Source: an uncultured Nitrososphaeraceae archaeon (lineage in GTDB: Archaea > Thermoproteota > Nitrososphaeria > Nitrososphaerales > Nitrososphaeraceae). From it: a stretch of 64,000 nucleotides of DNA. The DNA is taken from assembly GCA_963825865.1 (NCBI GenBank), contig CAWGVG010000012.1:10584-74583 (forward strand), given 5' to 3'. Of this stretch, positions 11,545 through 22,542 are shown piece by piece. Every line of letters starts with the position of its first letter. The first letter of the stretch is position 1. The notes under the pieces are model-generated. The model saw nothing but the letters and a program-made list of their open reading frames with translations, made no database searches and was not told the origin of the DNA. The position numbers and the translations under genes are program-made.

Positions 11545-11574
11545 TAGAGACACTTATTTTAATTAGTGTCTCTA
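11545..11574. promoter_or_regulatory. Perfect 10-bp inverted repeat, candidate operator
   Basis: TAGAGACACT-N10-AGTGTCTCTA, 22 bp before ORF 11597. Confidence 0.45.
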
Positions 11575-11596
11575 CTTATATTAGTATTTAATATTA

Positions 11597-11902
11597 TTGA
11601 AAAAAATTGAGGATTTCAGAGATAACGGGGGAGAGCAAAAAATCGGAAATATAGAATCCATAGCTCAAACCTATAGTGAACATGTGAGCAATTATTTAAT
11701 AGGATTTACAATGGATTTGTTAACCAACGCTTCAAACTTTATTGAAAGCGGTTGGTTAGTAAATAAATTTCCTGATGAACTCAACAGAATGGCAGATGCG
11801 ATGAATTATGTGAAATCAGCTGAGATAAATGCCAACAAAACAGCTTTAACGCTATCTGATTTGCTAGATAGAATCAATTACAGGATACAAAGAACACACT
11901 AA
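11597..11902 (+). CDS. Hypothetical helical protein
   Basis: 101-aa ORF only. Confidence 0.45.
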   Translation: MKKIEDFRDNGGEQKIGNIESIAQTYSEHVSNYLIGFTMDLLTNASNFIESGWLVNKFPDELNRMADAMNYVKSAEINANKTALTLSDLLDRINYRIQRTH

Positions 11903-11956
11903 ATAATCGTATACGACATATAGCATGAATAGTGATGGTACCTACAATGAAAAGAA

Positions 11957-12250
11957 ATGCTTGGCTCAGGCGGCTATGCATTCGCCAAGTTGACAGATGA
12001 AGAACAAAAGAGATCGAATTTAGGTGTATCTGAAATATTTCTTGGCCAAGTAGGAAGACTAAATGAGGATAGATTTCTCAGATATTATTGCAACAAATGC
12101 CTAAAGGAATACCAAGGTTCTCCAAAAATAGCTTATGAAAATCCAAACGGAGAGTTAGGAGATGATGTAATTCTCTTGGAAAAGGGAGAGTGATACAAAT
12201 GCAATATGTGTAATAGTACATTAGCACAATACCGCAAGTTCAATAAATAA
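11957..12250 (+). pseudogene. Zinc-ribbon protein with an internal stop
   Basis: YYCNKC...EKGE, TGA at 12191-12193, then in-frame YKCNMC..LAQYRKF. Confidence 0.65.
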
Positions 12251-12443
12251 ATATATAAAAATACTTATTCATATAGACAAGAACTACATAAAAGGTGCTA
12301 TCTATTTTTTACAATATACACCGTTCATTCATCTGCTCTCGGAGTATTAGGAGAGATACTTCGGATTTACTTGCTACTCCTACAGTATCTTGTTCTCATC
12401 AAATCCAATTTATTTGTAATCCTACAAACTCAGAATATATCCA

Positions 12444-13088
12444 TCAATATCGATATTTGCCTTGTATTATTACCTTTGCAGGTACAATGAGTATCCAAAA
12501 ATATTGAGCAATTTGAATATCTATAAATGAAATTGCTATTGAACTTGCAAATATTAATGGTGGGGTAATTGCTTGAAGTGATATGGCCCTTATGTGTAAA
12601 GGACTCATATTCTTATCAATTAAAAGTCGATCCTTTGATGCATGCAGCCAAATCAAAGCCAATAATGAGCCTGTGATGCTTATGATAATTGCATATAACA
12701 AAAACACAATATGGTATAAGGGATAAACTGTCTCAAGAGATGTAGCAAATGATATAAGTGTAATAAAAAATAAAAAGGCTAAATTTACCCATATTAAGAT
12801 TGAATGAGATGCCCGAATATGGTTAAGAATCTGATGATATGAGATCCAATAAATTCCAATTATTAAGAAGCTAATTGCATAAATTTCAAATTGTGGCCGT
12901 AAATGTAAAATCTTATTGATAAGCTCTGCCTGTGTGAGGTCACTTGAAAGATTAGGAATTCTTATCGAAAGAGCCATAAAGGTTATTGAAAAAGCAAATA
13001 TGGCATCACTAAAGGAAATGACATGATCTAACCTTACTCTACTTGACATGCCTTGTACATTATCCAATTTACTATTACTTCTCTGCAT
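12444..13088 (-). CDS. TMEM175-family K+ channel-like membrane protein
   Basis: R....SFSDAIFAFSIT signature, YW..YH motif, about six hydrophobic segments. Confidence 0.88.
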   Translation of the reverse strand: MQRSNSKLDNVQGMSSRVRLDHVISFSDAIFAFSITFMALSIRIPNLSSDLTQAELINKILHLRPQFEIYAISFLIIGIYWISYHQILNHIRASHSILIWVNLAFLFFITLISFATSLETVYPLYHIVFLLYAIIISITGSLLALIWLHASKDRLLIDKNMSPLHIRAISLQAITPPLIFASSIAISFIDIQIAQYFWILIVPAKVIIQGKYRY

Positions 13089-13106
13089 TTATCTAAAGCT
13101 TGGATA

Positions 13107-14222
13107 GGGGTTGTTGCCTAATTTGATATCGCATATGGTGTCACCTTTATTCCCAGTTTGTTTGCACATTGTAGTCTGTTAAGGACTTCTAGGTTCCAGC
13201 CTATTGATTTAATTAATCCAAATCTTTTCTGATTGTTCTTTAATCTGAATGTGCAGTATAGCTGATGACTGATGATGTTTAGTTTCTTCAGCTCCAAATA
13301 TTCCTTCTATCAATCCTCTATAACGATATATTGATGCATTGAATATCTTTCCAGCCTTCTTTCTGTATTTGTTCTTCTTACTACTGCTATTCTTGTTCTT
13401 GGAGTTTTTTCTCTGCTTGATATTTGGAAGCATGTTCATGTTAAACACTGACTGGAAGTTCTTGTTGCCATCATAAGCTCTGTTACCATTGAATGTTGAA
13501 CCTGCAAAGTCTAATCTATATTTCTTCAATCTGTTTAGCATTGTTCGGAGTACTGGAGAATCGTGTGTTTTCTTACTGGTAAGTCGTGTATTAAGTATTA
13601 TGAGATGATCAAGTATCCCTGTGATATGCCATTTCAGATACTGTTTTACCCTTATCTTTTCGAATTTCTTACTACTATTTTTGATAAATCTGTACTTCGT
13701 ATCCGTACCTGTTTGTCTCTACACCGGTGCTATCTGATGCGAGAATACCCTTCTTCCAGCCTGATTCTTTCAAACATAGATAAGCTGACCATATTATTAC
13801 ACGTTCAAGATATATCAGCGGTATCTTCTTGAATGTACGTGATATCCACGTATGATCTGGATATGGCTCGTTATTCCATGGCAAATTAAGAGAGGGTACT
13901 ATATTCTGTATATCTCTGTACGTTGAACCGAAAACAACCATCAATATACAAATACAGACAAGTTTTTCCCAAGAATGAATTGGTTTCCTTCCTCTATTAC
14001 TGTTCTTCTTTGAAGTAGGAGGAGGATTTTCTTTGACCAGAGAAACTATATTTTCGATAAGCATATCTCGTTCTAGGGTATGTGCTAGATGGTAACACAA
14101 CCAGTAACCATCTTTCCTCTTGTGCTTGCAAGTCAATAAGAGGGTGCATACCCTTTCTAAGCTAAATCGAAAACCGTGAAATCATATTTACAGTCAATTA
14201 AAACGAATTAGGCAACAACCCC
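13107..14222 (-). mobile_element. IS5-like insertion sequence with frameshifted transposase
   Basis: 17-bp TIR GGGGTTGTTGCCTAATT / AATTAGGCAACAACCCC; 9-bp TSD GCTTGGATA (13098-13106, 14223-14231); DSTG and YRYRGLIEGIFG motifs. Confidence 0.92.
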
Positions 14223-14699
14223 GCTTGGATAATACAAAAATAGTATCTCAGATTTAATTTGCTAATTTACAATGAAGTATTGATAATGCAAATTTTACTT
14301 AATTTAATTTAGGTATTTATCTACTATGGCATTGAAAATATCAGCTTCAAAAAACCTCTGATGTAATGTCATATTGATTGAATGACAAAATCACTATAAA
14401 TGGTTTAGAATAAAAATATAATGATTTATACTGTCTTCTTAATATTCAATAATAAAGCTCTTAGAATGACTTTTATTTGTTAGAAAACAAATAAACTTCT
14501 CTCGATAGGAATGCGATCGAATAAATTATTACTTTTATTTCCAACAGCATGCTGTAAAAACTTGCTTTTACGATTGGATGATAATTCTGACATTTTGGAA
14601 ATTAAACTTAACAAACATCAATTACCAGTAAGGAATAATGTTCATTTATTCAGTATTTTCTCCAACAGCCTTATATTCTTCAAAAATATTAGAACAATT

Positions 14700-14843
14700 A
14701 TGTTAGAAAATATAGCATACGTAGGTCTTGGCTTTGCATCAGTCTTCTTTGCATTGGAAACAGCATGGCACTTTACAGCCTGCAAGATACATGACAAATC
14801 GATAAAGCCCTGCTTCTACAAGCAAATTGGCATATTAAAATAA
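14700..14843 (+). CDS. 47-aa small membrane protein, copy 2
   Basis: Same protein as 624-767. Confidence 0.7.
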   Translation: MLENIAYVGLGFASVFFALETAWHFTACKIHDKSIKPCFYKQIGILK

Positions 14844-14926
14844 AGAGAAGTAATGAAGAATAGGCTATCTACAATAACAAGTATTGGGAGAATTGAAGAT
14901 AGAAAGAAAGAGAGGTCTTGGTAATA

Positions 14927-15097
14927 ATGGCAAGTATTGAAAGCAGTAGTAAATCTAGAAGAAGGACAAAATCATTAAAGATGAAAACAACTTCATTAGT
15001 AAACAAAGCGTCTAAAATATCATCCTCAATAGCTATTGAAGTACAAACGTTCATAACTCATGATGGTTTTGGTTACTTCTCAACTACTAATGATTAA
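14927..15097 (+). CDS. Small basic hypothetical protein, copy 2
   Basis: MASIESSSKSRRRTKSLKMKTTSL...HDGFGYFSTTND. Confidence 0.55.
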   Translation: MASIESSSKSRRRTKSLKMKTTSLVNKASKISSSIAIEVQTFITHDGFGYFSTTND

Positions 15098-15456
15098 ATA
15101 TAGAACTTCGATGTCATAGTAACTTCTTAGTATTGCTTTACGAATTAGATATACATTAACAGCCACTTAAGACATCATTCAAGTTTATGTATATTGTACT
15201 ATTACTTTTTAGGTTTTAGATGGATTACAATCGCTTTGAACCATTATTTTTGCTGTCTGCGTATATAATGAAGCAAGTAATTCCAAATATAGCTTGTGGT
15301 TGTGTTGTGTTACAATGTAGACAAATGTACACAATGAACTAATGAGTTTCTTATGTGTAACAGTATAAGAGGTAAGTAGATGCAAAAATATGAGTAATAA
15401 TAATAAAAATAACCATCAAATTCATAATAATTATTTGATTTGGCTGTTCACTATAC

Positions 15457-15747
15457 ATGGGTATTGGATTTGTTATTTCATTTATCTTACCATTTCCTTT
15501 ATCTCTTGCTGCTTCATTGCTTGTATTCTTACTAGTAAATGCAGTTAGAGCAGATATTGCTTTGAGAAGACAGGGTATAGGCGGAATCAAAGGATTATAC
15601 AAATCTCTAACTTCATTTGGTAAGAGCAACGACAGCAATAGCAGATTTGGGTACACTCAAACTAAATTCTATTGTATGAGTTGTGGATATGAACATAGAG
15701 AATATGAGTGTCCTAAATGTGGCTCAAAGGCTGTAAAAGTTGGATAG
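15457..15747 (+). CDS. Membrane protein with C-terminal zinc ribbon
   Basis: Hydrophobic N-terminus, YCMSCG...ECPKCGSK. Confidence 0.7.
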   Translation: MGIGFVISFILPFPLSLAASLLVFLLVNAVRADIALRRQGIGGIKGLYKSLTSFGKSNDSNSRFGYTQTKFYCMSCGYEHREYECPKCGSKAVKVG

Positions 15748-16070
15748 TGGTGAAAAATAACAACCACCGAATTTTTTGATTTGTTTAAGAATAAATTTCA
15801 ATCATTAAGCGCAGGCGAATACACGCGATCATGCATGGGGAACAGAATACAATGGATTTCTATTATTTGAAGCAGACAGCAGTGATTCATTTTTGGATTG
15901 GTGGTCAAGCTTTAAAGATAAGGTTAGATGGCATGTAGAGCAAACACACACCATAACTGCTAGAAGACACTAATCTTTTTCTTCTTCGGTTGGTTCTTTA
16001 ATTGATCTAGTTACCATCGTAGGACTAGTGGATGTCAATTGATTAATGGGATTTGGTTCTATAGCGGCTG

Positions 16071-16547
16071 CTACTGTTTGTTGCTACTGTTTGTTGCTGC
16101 CTCTTTGCGATACAGCTTAGAAGTAGTAGTACTGCTGTTATCGACACTAGAAGTAATAGTGTCAGCAGTCAAATCACAAAAATCTTCATCTCTGAGCAAA
16201 GAAGATTTAACTCCTACTTCTTTATTCAAATATATTGAATATCCTAACAGGTTTTCATTATTATCTATTTCTTCTAAATATGCAAAATCCTTTTCACAAT
16301 TTATATTAAGATTTTCTTTGCTTTTTTTCTCAAAATAGTTACACTTGACATATTCTATAGCATCGTGCCAAGTATAGGCCTTTATCCTATCTGTTGGTTG
16401 ACCACCTTTACCAAATCGGCTGTTACTATTATTATTATCAATGCGATATTTGAAAACCTCAAAATATTCAGCTACCTTGATGCAATTATTACAGTAAACA
16501 TTTTTTCCATTCTTACTACAATTTTCACATTGCTGTTCTATAACCAT
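16071..16547 (-). CDS. Hypothetical protein with N-terminal CxxC pairs
   Basis: CENC...CNNC; 158-aa ATG ORF. Confidence 0.5.
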   Translation of the reverse strand: MVIEQQCENCSKNGKNVYCNNCIKVAEYFEVFKYRIDNNNSNSRFGKGGQPTDRIKAYTWHDAIEYVKCNYFEKKSKENLNINCEKDFAYLEEIDNNENLLGYSIYLNKEVGVKSSLLRDEDFCDLTADTITSSVDNSSTTTSKLYRKEAATNSSNKQ

Positions 16548-16785
16548 TATTAGCAGCAGCTTACTATTGCTTCCCTCACATAGTTATCTCTTTCTAATTT
16601 ATTAAATAATAGTCAAAATTGACTGAAATCCAATGGATTACTCAATCAACTAAGCTTCCAAAGGCATATTGGAATCTCATGGCGGTAAGGGATGCGCGCA
16701 AAGCAATACTGATCCTAGAGATGCTAAAACATTTTCATTTACAATATTATAAAATGGTGGTTTAGAAAAATGCACTGTATTATTT

Positions 16786-16890
16786 GTCTTTACTGCTTCT
16801 TTGACTGCAGTTTGGGTCTGCTTCTTCCCAACTTTTATCAGAACTACCAACAAGCTCAACAATCTCTCCAATGGTTGAAGCTGAGGACAT
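16786..16890 (-). pseudogene. Dodecin N-terminal fragment
   Basis: IVELVGSSDKSWEEA / QTAVKEAVKT (frameshifted); same position relative to the kinase as the 1788-1928 remnant. Confidence 0.75.
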
Positions 16891-16980
16891 ATGTGTCAGA
16901 ATAAATCGCTGTAGTGTAGCGAATGTTTCATACATATTTTTTACCAAAGTTGATACATTTATCATATTAATTTTATATTA

Positions 16981-17843
16981 GTGGATATTCTTTTTTTTAG
17001 AAACTATACACAAAACGAAAAGATTAAAATATTTCACGGTATTGAAGATGTAATAAATACAGAATTACAATTTTTCTCTAATGCAAATAACAGAATTGAT
17101 ACTTGTATGAATTATACAAGGCCTCAGTTAGCAGTTGCACTTGATCCAATAAGGCATGCATTTGTTCATGCTAAGCATAGAGGCGTAAGGCTAAGGTATC
17201 TTACTGAAATTACAATTGAAAATATTTCTTTTTGTAAACAGCTGCTGTCCACTGTTAGTGAGATAAGACATCTAGATGGAATTAGAGGGAATTTTATGAT
17301 AAGTGAATCAGAGTATCTTGCTCCTGCAGTTTTATTTGAGAAAGGGAAAGTCGCAGCTCGGATTATTTATAGCAATGTAAAGGAACTTGTAAAAGAACAT
17401 GAGTATGTATTTGACACCCTTTGGAGCAAGGCAATTTCAGCTGAACAGAGAATAAAAGAAATTGAAGAAGGAATAATACCTATCAAAACTAGGCTCTTAG
17501 AAAATCAAGACGAGATAATCAGAGAAATAAAACGCAAAAACAATGCTGCTAACAAACTATCAATATGTACAGCAATCGGATTACCATTACTATAGCAGCA
17601 GAAGAAGAAAAGGTGGATTACAATGGGGTACTAGTGAGTATTAAAGATACAGGGGCAGGAATAGATCCTGATATATTGCCTAGGTTGTTTACAAAGTTTG
17701 CTACAAAATCAGTTGCAGGTACCGGCTTAGGCTTGTTTATTTCCAAAGCCATTGTGGAAGCTCATGGGGGAAAGATTTGGGCTGAGAATAATGCTGATGG
17801 AAAAGGATCTACATTTTACTTTAGCCTACCGTTAATCAAGTAG
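16981..17843 (+). pseudogene. Histidine kinase paralogue with a large internal deletion (no H-box)
   Basis: Matches 2125-2711, then jumps to the equivalent of ~4010 onward. Confidence 0.9.
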
Positions 17844-17935
17844 ATATTTAATACAGATTAAACTAAAGCCTAACTTTTTCGGTTTATAAATCGTAATAAT
17901 TAACGTGGATGACAAAATGGGTCAAATTTGTTCTG
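17841..17935 (+). repeat. Kinase-3'-associated conserved element
   Basis: Matches 6805-6900. Confidence 0.9.
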
Positions 17936-18009
17936 CAATAGAATAAATCCAATTGAGTCACAAAAAAACCTTGCTTATATACTTGCATCTATCTTATTCC
18001 ATATAACCT

Positions 18010-19731
18010 TTGACACTCTCCGCTTCTAATAAAATCGCTGAAAGAACAGAGGTAATATACGGTTCAGAAAGTGTAATGAATACCATGATGCAATTCTTAT
18101 CCAAAGCAAACACTATAAACTCTTGTGGTGACTATAAGGCTCCTTCAGCAAACATTCAAGTCGAAGAGTATAGGAAACTACTTTTTGACCTTAAAAAAAG
18201 AGGCATTAAATTAAGATACATTACAGATATTACTAAAGATAATGTCAAGTACTGCAAAGAGCTGATGAGTGACTTTACATATGAGATTAGACACTTGGAT
18301 GGAATTAAAGCAAACTTTTCTGTTAGTGAAACAGAATATTTGGCTTCTGCGACTCTAGTAGAAGAAGAATCAGAACAGCCAATGAGACCAATACAACAAG
18401 TAATCCATAGTAATGTTAAGGATATTGTAGAACAACAGAAGTATGTATTTGAGAGCTTTTGGAGTAAGGCAATTCCGGCCGAAAGCAGAATCAAGGAGAT
18501 AGAAGAAGGATTTATTTTGGGAAGTACGGAAGTTATCCAAATTCCATCAAGGACAAAAGAATTATTCATTGATTTAATAAAATCAGCTAAAGAAGAAGTA
18601 CTACTATTACTTCCTACAATTAATGCATTTCTTCGTGAAGATCGCATAGGGATGATACAATCCTTAAGAGAAGCGGCAGTGGGGCGTGGCGTAAATGTTA
18701 GGATTCTAACTCCAATTAATAATATGATTCAGAAAATAATACAAAATATAATGGTAGATCAAGCAAACAATCTTTTTGATATACGAGCTATTGAAACAAC
18801 ATCACCTGAAATTGCAGTAGTAGGTACAGTCACCATACTTGTAGTTGATAAAAAACAATCCTTAGCAATAGAAAAAGTAGATGATTCAAAGGAGGATTTT
18901 ATAGACGCAATAGGATTAGCAACTTATTCTACAAGCAAACCGACTGTTTTATCATATATTTCAATCTTTGAGAGTTTGTCAAAGCAAGTAAAATTATATG
19001 AACAACTAAAAACTCATGGCAAAATGCAAGAGGAGTTTATTAACGTTGCAAGTCACGAACTAAGAACGCCCACCCAAAGTGTTATAGCATATTCTGAGCT
19101 ATTACGACGACACCCTGAAAGAAGAGATGAAATGATACAAGCGATATGTAGAAATGCTGAAAGACTTCAAAGGCTCACCAATGATATATTGGACGTCACA
19201 AGGATCGAAAGCAAGACATTAACACTAAACAAAGAGAAATTCAATTTAAGTGATTTGTTATCAAATATTGTACAAGATTATAAGAATGGTATTGAAAAGA
19301 GCAATGGCAATGTAAGGTTGTTGTATAATCAACCCAATAAAGATTCTTTTATAGTAGAAGTCGATAGAGAAAGGATAACTCAAGTAATCTCCAACCTTCT
19401 AAATAATGCTGTTAAATTTACTGAGCAAACAAGGGGAGATGTATATGTCGCTGCTGAAGAAAAGGAAAAAGCTGATCAAGAAATAGTTGTTGTTACAATA
19501 AAAGATACAGGTATTGGTATAGATCCTGAAATATTACCTAGACTTTTTACCAAATTTGCTACAAAGTCTCAAGCAGGTACAGGGCTTGGATTATTTATTT
19601 GCAAGAGTATAATAGAAGCACACGGTGGCAAAATATGGGCTGAGAATAACAAAAATGGCGAAGGAGGAGCTACTTTTGCATTTAGCCTACCACTCAGCAA
19701 ACAACAACAACAGACTTATCTTATCAGATAA
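18010..19731 (+). CDS. Cytoplasmic sensor histidine kinase
   Basis: ASHELRTPTQ, NLLNNAVKF, DTGIG, GTGLGL; intact. Confidence 0.93.
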   Translation: MTLSASNKIAERTEVIYGSESVMNTMMQFLSKANTINSCGDYKAPSANIQVEEYRKLLFDLKKRGIKLRYITDITKDNVKYCKELMSDFTYEIRHLDGIKANFSVSETEYLASATLVEEESEQPMRPIQQVIHSNVKDIVEQQKYVFESFWSKAIPAESRIKEIEEGFILGSTEVIQIPSRTKELFIDLIKSAKEEVLLLLPTINAFLREDRIGMIQSLREAAVGRGVNVRILTPINNMIQKIIQNIMVDQANNLFDIRAIETTSPEIAVVGTVTILVVDKKQSLAIEKVDDSKEDFIDAIGLATYSTSKPTVLSYISIFESLSKQVKLYEQLKTHGKMQEEFINVASHELRTPTQSVIAYSELLRRHPERRDEMIQAICRNAERLQRLTNDILDVTRIESKTLTLNKEKFNLSDLLSNIVQDYKNGIEKSNGNVRLLYNQPNKDSFIVEVDRERITQVISNLLNNAVKFTEQTRGDVYVAAEEKEKADQEIVVVTIKDTGIGIDPEILPRLFTKFATKSQAGTGLGLFICKSIIEAHGGKIWAENNKNGEGGATFAFSLPLSKQQQQTYLIR

Positions 19732-19752
19732 CAAGGTAGATAGCACAGATCA

Positions 19753-20181
19753 ATGATGAATAAGAAGAATAATAATAGAATTTTACTTGTAGATGATGAG
19801 CCCGATATCGCTTTAGCTTTCAAGATTGGCTTAGAAGATAATGGGTTTGTAGTTGATGCTTTTAACGATCCTGAGTTAGCGTCAGCAAATTTTAAAGATG
19901 GTTTATACGACCTGTTACTTCTTGACATTAAGATGCCAAAAATGAATGGAATTGAATTTTATCAACGAATGAAGGAAATAGATAAAAAAGTTAAGGTCTG
20001 TTTTATTACAGCTTCTGAAATACATTATTATGAAAAGATTACAAAAGAATTACTCCCCACGCTAGGTGCTAGACGTCTTATCAGAAAACCAATTAAAATA
20101 GAGGATTTAGTAAAAGATCTAAAGCAAGTACTAGAATTCGTTAATGACAATAATAATAATGACCACAATAACTATAATTAG
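19753..20181 (+). CDS. Single-domain response regulator
   Basis: ILLVDDEPD, LLDIKMPKMNG, FITA, KP. Confidence 0.93.
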   Translation: MMNKKNNNRILLVDDEPDIALAFKIGLEDNGFVVDAFNDPELASANFKDGLYDLLLLDIKMPKMNGIEFYQRMKEIDKKVKVCFITASEIHYYEKITKELLPTLGARRLIRKPIKIEDLVKDLKQVLEFVNDNNNNDHNNYN

Positions 20182-20228
20182 AGTTATACTCAGCACAACA
20201 ATCATGCAGCTACTATTTTTGGCAAGAA

Positions 20229-20612
20229 ATGAACAATAATAAGAAAATATTGCTTGTAGATGATGAACCGGATATTACTTTGCCTTTTAGCATAGTGTTG
20301 GAAGATAATGGGTTTGTAGTTGATGCTTTTAATGATCCTCTCCTAGCGCTGTCATCTTTAAAGCAGGGATTGTATGTTTTGGCACTTCTTGATATTAAGA
20401 TGCCAAAAATGAACGGCTTTGATTTATATAGTAAAATAAGAAAATTGGATGATAAAGTTAAGGTCTGTTTTATGACGGCATTTGATATCAAAAAGGAAGA
20501 CATAGAAGCAGGAATACCAACCTTAAATGAAGAAAAAAATCCTACTGTTTTTAGAAAACCGATTAAATTAGAAGATTTAGTATCAGGAGTGAAAGCAGAG
20601 ATAGATAATTGA
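20229..20612 (+). CDS. Single-domain response regulator (tandem paralogue)
   Basis: ILLVDDEPD, LLDIKMPKMNG, FMTA, KP. Confidence 0.93.
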   Translation: MNNNKKILLVDDEPDITLPFSIVLEDNGFVVDAFNDPLLALSSLKQGLYVLALLDIKMPKMNGFDLYSKIRKLDDKVKVCFMTAFDIKKEDIEAGIPTLNEEKNPTVFRKPIKLEDLVSGVKAEIDN

Positions 20613-20888
20613 CTACTTCATTCTAGATACCTATCCAATAATAACCCAACAGCTACATCCACAATTTGTTGCTTATATACTAGGCTATAATAGTAGAAAC
20701 TGCATATTGAGTAAATTCAGAGAGGATTACAAGAGATCACAATATTTTCTCAATCTAGTATAGTATCGTTATTATTACCTATTTTTCGGAACTGATGAAG
20801 ATGTTTTTTCTATGGTAGCTGCTGTCGTTGCATTATGGTCTTGTGCTTTAACTGAGGGCACCGTCGTCCATCTTCTTACTGAATTTAG

Positions 20889-21102
20889 TGTTTCAGCGCT
20901 ATCAAAAGTTCTGCCACATATATCACAACTATGTTCCTTGACAGAACGCTTGGTAGCTATTCTTAATTATTAGTATATACAAGGTATAATTAAGAATTAA
21001 TCTACCTAAACACAGCGCGCAAATATTTCAAGTACAAAAAAAGGCTTGTAGGTGGCCTTCTGATTCAAGAATAGATATATTGCATTACGGTAATATATAG
21101 AC
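20889..21102. repeat. Duplication of ~60943-61138: truncated C2H2-finger gene (minus strand) and its upstream region
   Basis: TGTTTCAGCGCTATCAAAA.TTCTGCCACATATA...TTCCTTGACAGAACGCTTGG...TTCAAGAATAGATATATTGC shared. Confidence 0.85.
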
Positions 21103-21393
21103 ATGGCTCAAACGCTTTGCATCAAATGTGGTTCAGAGACCAAAGTATCTTCATATTGTCACCTTTGCCAAGAGCCTTTAATTTTTGCATGCTCTTCTTG
21201 TGAGTATATTACTGAAGAAAAAGTTCATAGCGATTGCAGGAATGCGGAAATGCTAGCAAAAACAGCAACAACAACACAAGATAGTGCTCCGGCTAATGCT
21301 CTACAACGCCCACTTCTACAACAGGAGATCAAAAAGAGCGTATTGTTGATAAACCAAAGGAAGAGACGGTTAAAGCAGAGCCACCTTATATGA
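21103..21393 (+). CDS. Small zinc-ribbon protein
   Basis: CIKC, CHLC, CSSC, HSDC. Confidence 0.65.
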   Translation: MAQTLCIKCGSETKVSSYCHLCQEPLIFACSSCEYITEEKVHSDCRNAEMLAKTATTTQDSAPANALQRPLLQQEIKKSVLLINQRKRRLKQSHLI

Positions 21394-21608
21394 CAACGAA
21401 ACAAGATAATAAAAATTTCAACAATCCATTTATCGTAGGCACAGCTGTTTGGCAAACTTCAGTGACGTATTGGCTTAATGCTTATGGGGAGTTCCTTAAA
21501 AATGCACCAAAAATGACTCAGGATTGGTATGACATATTTTGGAAGCCTTGGTTAAATTGGATGCCGCAGCGACAACAGCAAGACAAAGACAAGGTAAAGA
21601 TGGAATAA
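21390..21608 (+). CDS. Small Trp-rich hypothetical protein
   Basis: ATG ORF overlapping the upstream stop (ATGA). Confidence 0.55.
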   Translation: MTTKQDNKNFNNPFIVGTAVWQTSVTYWLNAYGEFLKNAPKMTQDWYDIFWKPWLNWMPQRQQQDKDKVKME

Positions 21609-21904
21609 CAATAAATTTAATAGAATAAGGTCTGATTAACGAAGTTTCTCTTTTGTTTAAAATTGTATATGCAGTCTGAGAGAAAGAGTCATTACATAAC
21701 CTTAACTATGCCGCCAACATACAGTTTGCATAGGTAAGAAGAATACTCATGAAAAACAATAATGCTAAAGAAGATAACAATATTGACCGATTATTATTAT
21801 TAGATTCCAATCGTACAGAAACCGTAGCTACATTGGTTAGAGGATGCTTAATTACGGCCCATAGCAAGAACGTATATTGTATGCAATATAAGGAAGGAAG
21901 AAGT

Positions 21905-22200
21905 CACAAGATCCTATGTGGGGTTCCTGTATGCCTTAAAAGCACCTGAAACAAGGAGACAATACCCCAAAGGCTGAAGGTATTCTTAGATTACCTCAAA
22001 CTTGAAGGCCCGATTGACCAGCAGGCAATTGAGTTTTTAGCAAAAGCAAAACAAAATGTGGAATTGGCCCAAAATACTTTGATGCAGCTTATAGCTTATC
22101 AAAAGGAGACCGAAAAATGTTGAAATAGCGTATTTAACAATTGGTAATTATTACAAAGCAACAAAATTATTTGTAGAAATGAACACCGATACACCCTTAA
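21905..22200 (+). pseudogene. Tyrosine integrase N-terminal fragment
   Basis: FLYALKAPETRRQYP / RLKVFLDYL ... TIGNYYKATKLFVEMN; similar to 61558 and to TIRNYVKSIKLFCEMN in the 27731 ORF. Confidence 0.75.
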
Positions 22201-22542
22201 TCCTACCATACCTAGTGAATAAATTGTGTACAATCATAAATGGTCCATATCTATAATTGGAACTACCATTATTGTTAAAATTGTAATGCTGCCGCTGATC
22301 TGTAACGACGTTTGGTAAAGCTTTCGAATGCTGATGAAATAAATGAGCATTATCAAATATCAATACAATTACCTTATCTTGACATAAGACGGTTTATCTT
22401 TGGAGATGGCAAAGAGGAAGAGTGGTGCACATGGGCAATTAACAGTACAGTTGAATTCATTACTATCGCTCATGAACTATTTAGTGTCTGTTTAAATATA
22501 GTGAATTATTGTTTAAATATTGTATGGAATCATGAGTTCTAA

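Larger units (their letters stand above)
14497..15100 (+). repeat. Dispersed duplication, copy 2 of 431-970
   Basis: Direct comparison; carries ~55 extra bp between the two ORFs. Confidence 0.9.

Noticed and set aside
12191-12193. In-frame TGA between CxxC motifs as selenocysteine or read-through
   Set aside because: It sits between Glu and Tyr, not at a Cys position; no SECIS-like hairpin was seen and the region is full of inactivating mutations.
2079-17843. Near-identical kinase segments as a diversity-generating retroelement TR/VR pair
   Set aside because: Differences are not adenine-specific and many are synonymous; no reverse transcriptase was recognised in the window.
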